Shown here in pieces: positions 13,659-27,297 of a stretch of DNA of 64,000 nt. A program made the position numbers and the translations under genes. The stretch lies in the NCBI GenBank assembly GCA_044892525.1, contig CM097885.1, positions 236,780,001 through 236,844,000 on the forward strand, read 5' to 3'. The stretch is from Schmidtea polychroa. Its lineage: Eukaryota. Numbering within the stretch: the first letter of the stretch is position 1; every line of letters begins with the position of its first letter. Below the pieces are notes generated by a model that saw only the letters and a list, made by a program, of their open reading frames with translations, searched no databases and was not told where the DNA came from.

Positions 13659-14994
13659 TATATATGAAATAAAATAATTGAAAAGGATTATTTTATAATC
13701 GAAAATATTCTATAATTAAGTATAAAATGATGATTTCTTGGTAGCAGCAATTATTATTTAAAACAATAAATAATGTATTTAATGAAAACATTTTCGACTA
13801 TAAGATAGTCCTTGTCAAGATTGAAAATTTTTATCATTAAATACATTATTTGCAGCAAAAGGCTTAAATTATCACTTTATTATTCTATATGTACTTTGCA
13901 GTAAAATGCATATATTATAATTTACTTGTTTAAAATATACAAATTCTAAATGATTTTGACAACTGATTCCATTACATTACTCAAATCCAGAATTACAATA
14001 ATTATGCATTGAAATTATATATTAGCGTAACTGGTAATTTTGCTAAGTTTTTCTTTGATTTACTATTAAGATTATTTAAATTCTTATTTTTATTCATAAT
14101 AATAATTTTCAAAATTATCACGATTTTAACTGTATTTATTTTTAAAACAAAACTTGAAGAATTCAATAATGTAATTTCATATTCTGGGTGATGTAAACAT
14201 ACTGCAATCATATACATACTATTTAATATATATTATTATAAAATTGGTAATTCCCATTTTTGTTCAGGTCTGTGTACTTCACGCACTCTTTTTATTCAGG
14301 ACATAAATCTCTTTTATATGCTGAATGCTATTCATTTTGTCCTTGTTAATTATAAGTTGTTGAACCTTTTTCCCATTGCGTCTTATGAGAAGAATTTATA
14401 TGACTCTAAAGCTTCCATTGCCAAAAAATCAAAAAGCATATTGCATGATTGCAAAATTCTGGACATCCTTTCTCTTCACTACAATGCCTAAAGCTCAATA
14501 ATCCAATCGTAAATTATATTTTCAAGATCTATAATTTTAGGCTTACTGCCTTCTATTGTCAAAATTTCGAAAGTTTAGAAAATGTTTTCATTTTCTGAAG
14601 TTATAATGACCTTCCTGCATCTTCTAAGCATCTCGAATCCGATTTATAATTTTGGTATATTCTAGTACTATTGTACAAATTACTCTCCTCAAGTATTTTT
14701 CTTAAATTCAAAAGTGTAGTTTTTTCATGCTGTTTTTACAAAAGTTTAAAATATAAAATAATAAAGAGGATATTAATAAAATTGTTTGAATAAATTTGAA
14801 TTGAAATTTAAAATGAAAATGGGCTTTTACCTTTGGTTTTCAAAAGAAATGCAAAATTTGTCAAATAAAAATTGGAAGGACTTGTATTAAGCAAAACATG
14901 GTACATATTTATATTATTTATTTATATTAAAAATGATCGTTAGATTCATCTTACACTTTTCATCCACATAAATTACTTGAATTCTGCTAGCCAT
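12435..14994 (-). CDS. Speculative small gene with two 9-nt microexons (coding exons 14994-14955, 12844-12836, 12577-12569, 12508-12435); 43-aa product of unknown function
   Basis: All GT-AG with donors GTAAGA/GTAAGT/GTAAGA and pyrimidine-rich acceptors, all phase 1. Joined frame MASRIQVIYVDEKYNYSRYFDTLNKAIYQFRKLLQTKLYQTMI*; AATAAA 5 nt after the stop. No homology recognised. Confidence 0.35.
13591..13653. repeat. (TA)n microsatellite
   Basis: About 31 TA units. Confidence 0.98.
14440..14730 (-). pseudogene. pogo/Tigger-like transposase N-terminal (HTH/CENP-B-like) remnant
   Basis: Broken peptides YTFEFKK and GSKPKIIDLENIIYDWIIEL..GIVVKRKDVQNFA. Confidence 0.45.
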
Positions 14995-17900
14995 ATTAAC
15001 TGTGAGGTCTTTTCAGCTGAGAATTAAATATTTCAATAATTTCTTAAAATAATTTTAAATGATAAATAATTGACTATTTAAAATAACTTTTAAAAACATT
15101 TTTAAATTGAATTTTTTAAATTGAAATTTTTAAATTAAAAAATTTAAAAATTAAACAAGCTTTTAATTAGTAAATCATTTTTAAATAAATATATTTTAAA
15201 TATCGAAATTTTTATAAATGGTTTCTAAAATATTTTATTCAACGCTGAAAATCTTTTTTTGGAAATTATACAATATTTCATTAAATAAATACTTGAAATT
15301 ATGACGGTAACTTTTGAACCGGATTTAAAAAATAATTTAGAATATGTGTTAGCTGCTTCTAATATTAACAATCTTTCTCAAATGCACTAAATAAATGTTG
15401 TATTGATTGGCCGATATCCTACCAATCAAATTCGGTTATTTTCTTTCAAAAAGAAAAGATTAATGTTGTCAACAAAATTTTAATTAATTAACTAATTATT
15501 TAGTTTGTATTATTAATATTTGTATAGAGGTTCCGAAAAAATCCTATTTATAGCCTAAGGTTCCGTAGGTTTAAATTATTTGAAGCCATTCTATTAATGT
15601 TACAAAAGTGATTTTATTTCATTAACATTCAACAAAGTTAAAATTTCACCGAAAATAAATGAAAGAGTCCTCACGTTTATTAATTCCCCGAAAAGATATT
15701 TTCAACAAATCCGAATAATTGCAACAAAAATTTGAAAATTATTACTTTCAAGGATAAATAAACATGAAAGTAATTTCCAACAATCATCTGTTAAAATGAT
15801 AATTGTACCTTTTTCTCATTTCTTTCAAGGTAATTTAAATCAAGATCTAAAAAAGAGATTGCGCCGCACAATCGATAATTTTTAGAAAATTTGTTCAATA
15901 TATTGGTAACACATGTGCAAGATAATTCTTCTGTCCTAAATGTGGACTCGTGTTCGAGATTGAATTTTGTTAAAGTTACATTCCTAACATTTTCAAGTAT
16001 AAAAGAACAAGAACTTTTCTTTTGTTTAAATCAAACAAGCGCCTAAAAGTAAGTAAAGATTATAAGTAATTATATACATCTTTATTTTATGTTTATTGAC
16101 ATTATGACTTAATTAAAAGTCATTTAATAAAAAATAATAGAGATTTATATTTTTTCTCTGTTTTATAGTATTTCATAAACTATGGATTCTCAGTAGTTAA
16201 ATTAAAAAAAGTTTAAATTATTTTAAGTAGAAATAATTAGAAAAACAACAATGATTTAGTTGTTAAAAATCACCAATAAAACAATCGTTTCATGATATAT
16301 TTCGACAGATTTCCTGTCATCAGTATGTAGGACAGAAAAAACTATAGATGTTATAAATAAACTGGCATATTAAACATAATTAAAATAAATAGGGAAGTTG
16401 TACAAAACATCTTAATCTTATAATAAACATAAATAAATTTAAATATCAAAGTTTTACTAATAAAAATCATAATAATAAAGTAACTTTTATTAGTAAAATC
16501 TTTAATCTTCTTTACCATAAATTACTTTTTCAATTTTCTTGATCTTTATTTCTTTTTTTAAACTATCGAATAATATTTTTTTAATATTTAAAACGTGTTA
16601 AAAATCTCTGCAAAATAAAAAAACATTCATTATAACTTTTCGACATAAATGAAATTGAATAAATAAAGAATTATTTTGAAATTCATATATATATATTTTT
16701 AATTTATTTTATTTAAAATATCTTGAAAATAAAAAATTTTAAAACACAAAACATTTAGTCACTATTTAAAACAATTTAATTTAAAATTTTAATTAATTTA
16801 AATATTTTTAATAAATTTTGAAATGATTTTGAAACAAATATTATAATGGTTAATTTGTCTACAATATTTCTGTTGAAAAACCATAAATATCATATAATTC
16901 AGTCTATCGAAATTATTTCTTACGATTTTCAATTTCGATAAACAATGTTCTCGAGAGGCTACGCCCTAGAGCGAACTTGGAAATGATGAATAAATTAGAA
17001 AATCTGACAGAAAAATAAGTTGTTAGAATAAGATTATTGGTTCTTGGAAATTTAATGAAAAAAGAATTAGTTTTCATCGAATATTTAAAAGGAATTTTTA
17101 TAATTTATTCTTGAGTCTAAAGAGAATTAGTTAAGATTACTTAGAGTTTATTTTTATTTTAATTTAATTTTATAAATGTTGTTTTTTAAATATTTTTGGT
17201 AAATGCAACTTTCACTACATATTATTTCATGACCATTGTTAGGGATACTCATAATATATGAAATAAAAATGAAAATCACAAATTATCAAAATTAATTAAA
17301 ATTCGAAAAAAGTAAAAATCAATAGTTTTCGGGGTGTGCGGTAACCGGTGTCAAATAAAATTTCGAAGACATATAATATAATTTTAAATCGACGTGAGAT
17401 TTCTTGTAGGGTCAAGAGCCAAAAAAGAATTAATTAATTGATTATTTTATGCAAGCCCATAAATCACGGAGATGGGCAATAAAATAATTTTAATTTAATT
17501 TAGATTAAACTTAGTTTAATGTCTTTAATTTGCTAATTGATGCCTAATAAAAAAATAAATAAATAATTAGTTTTTCAACAGCAATTCAAAATAAAATATA
17601 CTATTTCCAATTAAATTCTAAATTAACAAATAATTTGTAAGTCGCTCACTTGACATTTATTATGACTGAGTAGAAAATACACCAACACACTATTAACTCA
17701 AAGTTGTGTGCTCATTTATCATTTTGATTGATATGAATTATTTACATCTGCTTATTTAAAATGATAGTTCTGATAAATCTGGAGATGAAAAAGATTTGTA
17801 AATCTAGAATTCATTTCAAATCAAATGGTTTTTAAAGGTGTTGGAAGAAAAAATGCCAGATTCAATTGTAAATTATGGCCAAAGTCTGAAACCTAAGATT

Positions 17901-18889
17901 ACTAATTATCAAAATTATTGCAAAATTGTAGGTTTTAAAATATCAAAGTTAAAAATTTAATGATTTTGCATTTTATTAAAGGAAATGAAGTTACGGTCAA
18001 ATGTTTGGCTGAAATAAATTATATAATAGCGTTTAAATGAATTAAATAAATTAGAAACTTCCGTCTTTTCCCGTTCAGTTCTCGTTAGCGAAAAATTTGA
18101 AATGTAATTTTGATGTTTCTGAATTTTTCTCAGTTTAAACAATTTGAGCATATGTTGAATGTTTTAAATAATTAATAAAAGACAAAATAATTAACTGTTT
18201 TTATTTTTCACTTAATAAATAGTTAAATAATAAGTATTCTTTTATATATCTGAATTCGAAAAAGTCAGATAGATCTATTTTTTGAGTATAACTACGACTA
18301 CTTGGATATATTTACAAAACAAGGGGTCCCGAATAACCAAATACGCAAAATTAATTAAAAATTTAATTAAATATTCAAAAAGTGTAAATACCAATTTTTT
18401 TCAGAGTAAAAGTGGTAATCAAAGCGGTAGACAAACATATGAAAAGAATAACCGAAATTCCTTTCACGATTATTCAAAGGAAACAGTAGCATATTAAATT
18501 TTCGTTTTTGGTTGAAGATAGAAATAGACAAAACGAGTTTGAATTTTCGAAATTATTTACCCATTAGATTACATGGGAAATAGTGATATTCAAATAACCT
18601 CAATATAATCTTATATAAAAATAGTTATATAAAAATAGTTTTTTGGAATTCCAGTTGGAAAGAGTAATTTGTCTTTAATTTGTTAAATATTTAATTTAGA
18701 ACTCGAGGAGTCAGACCAAATGTATTCCTACCTAAACTCATATAGCTCAACAATATCCAACATCACATTTGCCTCTTTTTTCTAATGATAGGGTACCCAC
18801 ATTACTCTCAATTAGAACATGTTGATGGCATTTGGAAAATTGAAATAAAAGTTTAAGTATTGCATAAATAATATTTAATAACATAATTC

Positions 18890-19097
18890 AATAGTTTCTA
18901 TAATTTAAATAAATAAATATAAATAATTTAATAATATTAAATACTGTATTATAAATTAAATAGTTTCTATAATTTAAATAAATAAATATAAATAATTTAA
19001 TAATATTAAATACTGTATTATAAATTAAATAGTTTCTATAATTTAAATAAATAAATATAAATAATTTAATAATATTAAATACTGTATTATAAATTAA
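18890..19097. repeat. 3 x 69-bp AT-rich tandem repeat
   Basis: TAGTTTCTATAATT recurs at 18892, 18961 and 19030. Confidence 0.95.
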
Positions 19098-20442
19098 TAA
19101 TATTATATATAGCGCTAATATTTTTCAATAATTTTTATAAATCTCTATTTTATTAATGTGCTTAAATAAAGTGACAACGGAGTTTTTAAAAATACATTTC
19201 AATAATCTAAGAGTTATATTATTTTAATAATATAATAACAAGTATGAATTTATATTTTACTGCAAATTTTGAAAAGATTTGTCTTATTTTTGTTCTAATT
19301 CCTATCTCAATCTTGAAATTTATGGAATTTTGCCACTCAATTATAACAAAAATGCTTGGCACTTACGTTCGAGAAATCATGAAATATTTTTTTATAAATG
19401 ATTACAATTTTTAAACCAATTATATTTAAATTTCATTTTACTTTTCACGATTTTAAATTTTAATGTGGAATAATTAAATTTGAAGTCAATCATCTATATC
19501 ATTAATTTTAATATCTGTCGACTTTCGTAGCAAGTTAATTTATTTTTAGACATTTTTTAGAATTTTGCAGAAGTATGTCAGTTAGTATAGTTATTGACAC
19601 TTTCAAGTAGATTTCATTATTGGGAAATTATAGTTTCATGGAATATCCGATAAATTGAATTGGGGGATTAAAATATGAACATATTTCCATATTTCTGCAC
19701 AATTATTGTGGGAAAAAAAAATAATTGTCTTTTAAATTTTTTTCGTCATTTTCAAATTAATTTTCACTTAGTAAAAATTTTCGTTTTTAAGTTAATAACT
19801 ACAAAATGCAAATCGGAAATCTTTATTTATTTTATACATTTATTTACTCAAAATTCAAAATAAATACATTTATTTAAATTTATTGGATTTATAATTTCAT
19901 TTAAATTTTGAATATAGATAAAAGTTTTTATTATCTATTTAACACAAATTTTCGGCAATGGATTTTCGAAAATATTGTTTTTATTTATTTATCCAATCAT
20001 AAACTAATAAGGACTTTTAATTTTTTATTTTAAATTTTATTTTATTGGTCAATTTATTTAATTATAAAAAAAGAAATGAAAGGTCATAGGAAGCAAAATG
20101 AGTGTGTAAAAAGGGATTACATAAACCTTCAGTCTACAGTAATATCTTATTAGTATTAATTTTCAAATTATATATGAGAATTTTGCATAATACAGTAAAA
20201 GAAGCATCGTTTTTTAAAAAAGATTTCATAAATTTATATCTTATACAAATTAATTAATTTAATTAAGTTATTAATGATGTATTTTATGATATACGTAAGC
20301 ATTATTTTCAAAATTACTTGAAAAAGGCAGTGCCGAAAATTTGTGAATATAAAAAACATCGATATCTTTACTGATATAATAAATACAATATTTTCAAAAG
20401 CTTTACATTTAAATTTCAGCACTTGCCTTTAACATTATTAGG

Positions 20443-21500
20443 ATAAACTGCTCAAATAATTGATCCAGGTTTGGAATTGTGAAGTAATTGGCTTCTTGGT
20501 TGTAATAATAAACGTGATCGTCTTGTGGTCTGTCCTTAGCGTGAATCTCATTCCGTAGAGATAGTGCTTAAAATGAATACAAAAATAGTATATCGCCAAT
20601 AGTTCCTTTCTTGTAATGCAATATCCTTTTCATGACTCGTCATCAAGTGCGATCCATGCGCAATTACTCTCTCCTTTCCATCTTTATCTCTTTGTGAAAG
20701 CACTGCTCCAATGGTATCAAAATTAGCATCAGTATCTAAAATGAACTCCTTTCTCAGATCCGGAAAGCATAGGATCGGTGCCGTTGTGAGTGCTAACTTC
20801 AATTCCTCGAATACGTTATTCGTTCCTTCAGTCCATTCCAGTTTTTTGTTACTCGGACCGCTACATAATTGTTCTAACATCCTTGATTTCTTTGCATACT
20901 CACTGATGAATCTTCTATAATAATTGCAAATGCCTAAGAAGCTTCGAAGTTTCTTTACCCAACTTGGCTTCCCAAAGTTTTGTATAGTCTGAATCTTAGA
21001 AGAATCGGTCTGTAATCCTTCTTTGCTGATTATGTGTCCTAAAAATCTGATTTCTTTTTGTATTATTTGACACTTTCTGGGTTAATTTTTAGTCCTGCTT
21101 CCTCGATCGCTTTTAATACTTCACTGAGTATTGTATGTTTTCCTTTTCTAATCGAACAAATCAGAATGTAATCCAAATACACCATTGCTCCATTTATTTT
21201 GCCTATTACCTTTGTTATCATTTCCTGGAACGTACCTGGTACTGCAGGAATTCCGAACGGCATTCTATTGAAACAGTATTGCCATTTCTTTGTTGAGAAG
21301 GCTGTTTTCTCTTGCGCTTCATTACCAAGGTCGATTGAGCTAAAAAAACCGGACCTTCCTAACAAATCTAACATCTCGTCTATGTTTGGCATTGAGAATG
21401 CCTGCCTCTCTGTTAGTGGATCCAGCTGCCTGAAATCCAAGCCTAGCCTAATATCCTCTTTCTCTTTTTTCCCTACGCAGATTAACGGCGTGCTTTTTTT
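20443..21500 (-). mobile_element. Ty3/Gypsy pol fragment (RT and RNase H), frameshifted
   Basis: DFRQL..MPNIDEML..FSSIDL..KTAFST..RMPFG..VYLD; FILDTDA..IGAVLSQ; HFKHYLYGMRFTLRTDHK. No LTRs seen. Confidence 0.92.
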
Positions 21501-21669
21501 TGCTTGATGTCGACAATACTTTTTATTATCAATAAGTAAAATTGAATCCTATGTAAATTTCCGTTAAAGACTCATGCTTAGAAGTTGTTGAATTAGGAAA
21601 TCTAAAGCTTTTTCAATTTAGGGTTCGATGCGTAATTTTATAGGTTTAAAGGGTAGGTATCGTCTAAAT

Positions 21670-22126
21670 CAGTGTTGTCCAAACTGTGTGCAGTGGCGGG
21701 TGCCCAGGTTTGCCGTGAAATCTTTTTTTTAAAAGTCAAAAAACCCTGTTTTTCCAAACAACTTAATAAAAGGAAATTGAATTGTGGATATTTTAACAGT
21801 TATTTCAAATTTAAATGTTAATCAGTCAATTAAGTGCGAAATTTATTTGTTTACATATTTATCATATTTATATTTCTTACTAAAAATATTGACTATCTAA
21901 AATACGTAGCAGCTTAATTATGTTTATTTTTCATTCACTAATTTTTCTAAATTTAAAATTTTTACATTAAATTTATTTCAAGTAAATAAGTTTTTCATTT
22001 CTTATTAAAAGATTAGTAAAAGTGCAATAAAAAATTGCAAACAAAGCAAAAAAAAATGTAGGTGTGCCGCGAAAATTTTTAATTCAGTCAAGTGTGCCGT
22101 GGCTCAAAAATGTTTGGACAACACTG
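21670..22126. mobile_element. hAT (Buster/Charlie-type) MITE, 457 bp
   Basis: Perfect 15-bp TIR CAGTGTTGTCCAAAC; perfect 8-bp TSD GTCTAAAT (21662-21669, 22127-22134) with central TA. Confidence 0.95.
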
Positions 22127-22948
22127 GTCTAAATTAATTTCTGGACAACCTTCACCAGATGGTGATGCTTCACCGATTCTGAAACAAATTTAGGACAAGT
22201 GTTATTTTTTTGTAGTAAGGCTAAATAGATAACACTATTAAAAATGAGAAAATTTTTAAAAAAAAAATTTTTTTATTAAATTCCATTTTAATTAATAAAT
22301 TAAAATTAATTTGAAACTATGTTAATGCGATTTGATGGAGAAGATTAGTACGAATATTTGATGGAAAACCATTTTTATTCAAAAAGAGATTACATGTAAA
22401 ATGTTATGATTTTAAAATCTTTTCATTTCCTTAAAGAAAAAATGATTTGGAAATGTGTGACCACAGTATATTGAAACTATTTAAAAAAATTATTCTTTAA
22501 AGATTTTAACCTTTTCAATCTGGTAGGTTCTGGATTTATATTTTGGAAATTTATTAACAAAACATGCTTGATAGATAAAATATTGAAAATAATTAAAAAA
22601 TAGTTTAGTTTATTTTGATTATTGGGACTAAAAGTTAATATTAATAGTTTGTTGCGCCACAAAATACCATTGATCCAAAATTCCTTCCACAACGATGTGA
22701 TTGAAAAATATATGGTCTAATCTTTCAGCTCTAAAAAGGTTTTGTGTAATTTTTGATAGTTGAATTATTTATCAGTATTATATTTTATTTATAAAACATT
22801 TACATGAAATATTAATGGTATTAATAGATTATTTATATTAATTATTCACCAATTTCACCAATTTAGTACATGTAAAATACATATAGAGAGGTAATTCTAT
22901 ATTATATAAATATCGAAGTATTTTAAATGTACTTTCAAATAATATTAA

Positions 22949-23852
22949 CACATTTCGGTTCCGGCTGTTCGGACCCTGACAAGCGCTTGTAGCTGGCAAT
23001 TTTTAAGGGTTTGGAATATAATCTAACCTTTTATGGGGGTTAGGCATAACTTTTACAATAAAGAATAGATTTTAATAAAATTTTAAATAATTACTACCAA
23101 ACAAATAACAAATACTTCTATATAACAAACTTTTGAAAAATTAAAACAATTAAAATTAAAATAAATACTTCTTTATAAACCCTTTAAAAATATTTTATTA
23201 TAAAATGTTTTAGAATATGCAGAATATTTTATTTTAAAATAGTAAATCATAATGGTGATCTGAAATAACAGTAGTAAATTTACAATAAAAACAAAAGTAA
23301 TTTTTATGTCAAATATCCCATTAGTTAGTTATAAACAAACCTGGGATGCAAAAGTATTTTTGTTTTTGTCAGGAGGGCAGATAGTAAACAATTGACGCAA
23401 CATAACGCAAACAATTTATAGCTTTCACAAGAGAAAACAAACAATATTTCATATAAGGTTTAAAAGGTATGGTTTTCAATAAAATTTTATAAAAATTATT
23501 TAGTTACAAAATGAAAAAAGTAAATTAGAAAAACTAGGATTAGTTGAAATTAGTGGACTGTCCCAATGATTTTATTTTCAATTTTTCAATTTTTCAAAAG
23601 TTTATTATATAGAAGTATTTGTTATTTGTTTGGTAGTAATTATTTAAAATTTTATTAAAATCTATTCACTATTGTAAAAGTTATGCATAACCCCTAAAAG
23701 GTTAGATTATATTCCAAACCCTTAAAAATTACCGGCTACAAGCGCTTTTCAGCGTCCGAACAGCCCGGACCCGCAAACCCTATTTATATGTTACCGGCTT
23801 TCTGCTGACAGCCAAAAAAAGACATATTTTTATGTCTCCTAACTGAAATGTG
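22949..23852. mobile_element. piggyBac-type MITE, 904 bp, with ~190-bp internal inverted repeats
   Basis: TTAA on both sides; termini CACATTTC(G/A)GTT; long IR at ~22962-23145 and ~23583-23766; palindrome GACATATTTTTATGTC near the right end. Confidence 0.85.
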
Positions 23853-25017
23853 TTAATGTAGCTAATTTCTTAAGTTTTCCAACTTTTTGTTTTGCATAAT
23901 AAAAAATTAATAATTTTTGATTTGCCAATGTATTAGACAAATATCTAGAATGATTATTCTTAAAAATAACATTACTAATAGTCTAACAAAATTTTCATTT
24001 GTACAAAAATTATGTGACGTTTGTGATTAATTTTAACGTCTGTCAGCCGTTGAAAAAGAGTAATTAAATGGTTTCGCTTAAATTGGCTATGTTTGATAAC
24101 AATTATTTATTAAAACAAATTACTCGATTTGATAAATTTAAAACAAACAAATAATAGTAAATATCAGAAATTGAGGTTAAGTCATTAGATTTAGGCGGGT
24201 CAACTAAATTTTTGATTAGAGCGATTTTATCCAATGAAAAAAATTAAACAACTATTTTTGGAAATAGATTTAAGTGAAACATGCACATTTAATTTTATTA
24301 GGTTTTTTTAATTATTTAAATTAGAATAACAAATGCATTATTGATGTAATAAACAAAAATTATGTTGTTTAAATATTCACATCTTTTCACCACCTTGTTT
24401 TTTCAATTGATCGAAAAAAAATTTACAAATTAATTCAGAAATCTGGAATAGCAAAAATTTCTGGAATATCGTACCGTTTCATCTCACAATCCAATGTATA
24501 ATTGTATCAACATCGATCTCTTTGTTCTTCATATATTTATGTGTCATCAGTGTTCAAAGTTCATTATCAAATATCTCAGTCGCGGAATTGAAACAAATAC
24601 GAAACGAAGATCTTAATTTAAATTTCAACGGTCGCTATTCAAACCTTCAAAGCTATATTGTATTAGTTAATAAATATATTTCAAATTCTTCAATTATTCT
24701 TATGTTCCTACATTAAATATCGAATTTAATTTTGAAATGTGCTGTTTATATTATATTTACTGTATTACGGTAAATGCGACATTGAATTTTATTAAAAAAT
24801 TTCGCAAAATTATTGGAAGTAAAACAATCAGAAATTTCATTGCAAAAAAACTTTGAAATATTAAATCAACATATACAGGTTTCTAGGAAAAATTTAACTT
24901 GAGCAGAACAAAAACAAAATGTAATCATTCAGTGATCTACGGGACATGAATCACAGCAACATAAAAATAAGTACGCTTCAGTAACTTGTCGTTTGGAGAA
25001 TTTGGTTCAAGCTTATA

Positions 25018-25135
25018 TAGGGTTAAATAACGAGAATTTTAGTATCGAGAATTCTGAAAAAAATTTTAACTTTCAAGAATCTCGAATCTCGAGAAACAAA
25101 ATATTCAGGAAATCGGGATTTTCGAATCTCGAAAA
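25018..25135 (+). mobile_element. Possible hAT-type MITE terminus with TCTCGA/TCGAGA subterminal repeats
   Basis: TAGGGTT start with clustered CTCGA motifs; no partner end found. Confidence 0.3.
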
Positions 25136-25702
25136 AGTAGTGTATGTGTGTTTTTTATCATTTTGTTTTTAGATAATTTTACATAATGACTAGTTGCGAC
25201 ATAAATGCAGAAAGAAAGTTTATGTGTGGTTCTGATAAACGGAAGAAAAAATAAAATGAAAAATTGCCAAAAATCCTTGAATTCCCTTCCAAAACCTTTA
25301 AAAACCAAAAAATGCATAGCAAACTGATATCCATGATAAAAATCTCCGGATCATTATAAAACCCTCTCTCGTTTTAATGAAGAAGAAAGCGATGATGACA
25401 AAAGTGGGGAATGGGAAAATAATCACGAAGCAGAAGAAAACGTATGGGCGGAGGATATTTTGTGGTCGTCGAACAAAGAACAAAGAGAATTAACAAAAAA
25501 TTGAAGAAAAAAAAGTCGAAATCAATGATCGAGGTACTAGTACTGGACTTATATCTAAATCATAAGTTTCCTGAAAATTGTATTTAAGAAAATTAGCAAA
25601 TAGGGAACGTCAAGAACAAAGATGATTACTCTATTCGAAGTACAAAAATGCAAAATAGTATTAAGTGTAAAAATTAATTTCTTAAAATAAGTCTTGTAGT
25701 AA

Positions 25703-25744
25703 GCCGCTATACGGTCTTATCGAAATTTATATAAATCATATTTG
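25703..25744 (+). ncRNA. Planarian-type spliced-leader (SL) exon copy
   Basis: GCCGCTATACGGTCTTATCGAAATTTATATAAATCATATTTG differs at 5 of 42 positions from the Schmidtea SL as I recall it (GCCGTTAGACGGTCTTATCGAAATCTATATAAATCTTATATG). Confidence 0.8.
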
Positions 25745-26170
25745 GTGGTTAATCAAAGTACAACAAAATCTTGGAAAATTTCAAAAGATGACCTGTATCC
25801 TTATATACATCCAATTGGAGAAATTTAATCAAATAAAGAACACAAATTTAATCAAGAATTTTCAAACTTCTTTCACTCGCAAAAGACTTTAATTGTTAAC
25901 AAAGTAAAACAAGTTGACAACATAAACATCACATCACTCCGTTATATATGAATAAATCTCTATCATTAAATTTCGCTAATAATTCTACGTTGCAATTTTG
26001 TGCGTGATATCAAGAAAACATTTTTTATAGTTCAGAAGCAGTTTCATTCCATCAGGAATCATTACATATTTTTATCAGAAAACAGACAAATATTCGGTGT
26101 TCGTGAGCACCATGATTCTAAAACTCTGTATATATGTGTGTGTGCATTACCTTTAATGTGTGTTTTGTTA
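25703..26170 (+). pseudogene. Putative retrocopy of an SL trans-spliced mRNA
   Basis: The SL terminal codon (ATG to TTG) is in frame with VVNQSTTKSWKISKDDLYPYIHPIGEI*SNKEHKFNQEFSNFFHSQKTLIVNKVKQVDNINITSLRYI*. No clear Sm site downstream. 3' limit uncertain. Confidence 0.55.
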
Positions 26171-26173
26171 TTA

Positions 26174-27116
26174 CACTTAATTTCGAAGGTTGACATAGTC
26201 TGTAACCTAAAAAAATCAATAAATTTATATTATAGGAACACACAAACTTATCTGTGTAAAAATTTAATGCTTCGAAAGTTAACATATTTATTATAGGAGT
26301 CGAAAAAGTGACGGAAAAATAATTAAACTTACCAACACAAAACACATAATGAAAAATGCATGCAAAATTAATGTAGCGTTTTTTCCCTAGATTAAACATT
26401 GATTAACATATTGTTAACAAATTACTATTTTTAATATATTATAAAATGATGGAGGGAAAATTTTTTTTATCTAAAATCGGACAACTCTACTTTGGTCTGT
26501 AGAAAAAAAGACGATAAAACATTGTAAGATCTATTTATAAAATATTTTTGAAGTTAATATTTCTTTAGATTTTCATATATTTCTCTGGAAACGCTACCTT
26601 TTTGCCAAGGTGAAGATTTGACAATATAAGATTTATTCATTAAAATATAAAACATTAAATTTAAAAGAAATTAATATTTTCATAGAATTACAGAAAATGA
26701 CAAAATTCGGCTTAAATTAAAAAAACTATTTTATCCATGTACTATCTTTACTATTTATATTAAAAAAATAAATGTCTTCGGTGATTACTTTATTTATTTG
26801 TTAAAAATATATCTAACTTACATTTTATCGAAATAATTTCAAATAAATTCATAAAATGTCATAAAATTCCTAAAAAACACCTGAAATTTAATTATCAATA
26901 TTTTAATTATCAATATTTAAGAACTTGAATAATGATCTCATAATTATATAAAATCAAAATTCAAGTCTTAAAAGTTACTTAAAATTAAAAAAATTACCTG
27001 AAAACGATTTTTCAAAAATGAAGTTAAGTAATTATTGTCACATAAATGGTGTGTCACCTCAACTGGTGTGCACACCAACGTATATTATAGACAATGTTAA
27101 CTTTCGGAATTAGGTG
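26174..27116 (+). mobile_element. TA-flanked TIR element (copy E, 943 bp), same family as A/B
   Basis: Imperfect TIRs CAC(T/C)TAATT(T/C)CGAA; TA flanks; interior colinear with 7127-8081 and 8084-9013. Confidence 0.85.
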
Positions 27117-27118
27117 TA

Positions 27119-27297
27119 CACCGAGTTGCATTTGATAAAAATCGTCTATAATATTAAAAAAATTGATAAATTATATTATAAGACACACCACACATAAGAC
27201 ACTCACCAGTCTGCTAAAAATTCATTAGCAGTTACACCTGCACATTTATTATAGAATTCTAGAAAGGGTAGACAAATTAATGAAACATACAAACACG
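27119..27297 (+). mobile_element. Left-end fragment of a related TA element (copy F)
   Basis: Begins CACCGAGTTGCA..TCTATAAT directly after the shared TA at 27117-27118; resembles the first ~170 bp of A/B/E. Confidence 0.6.
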
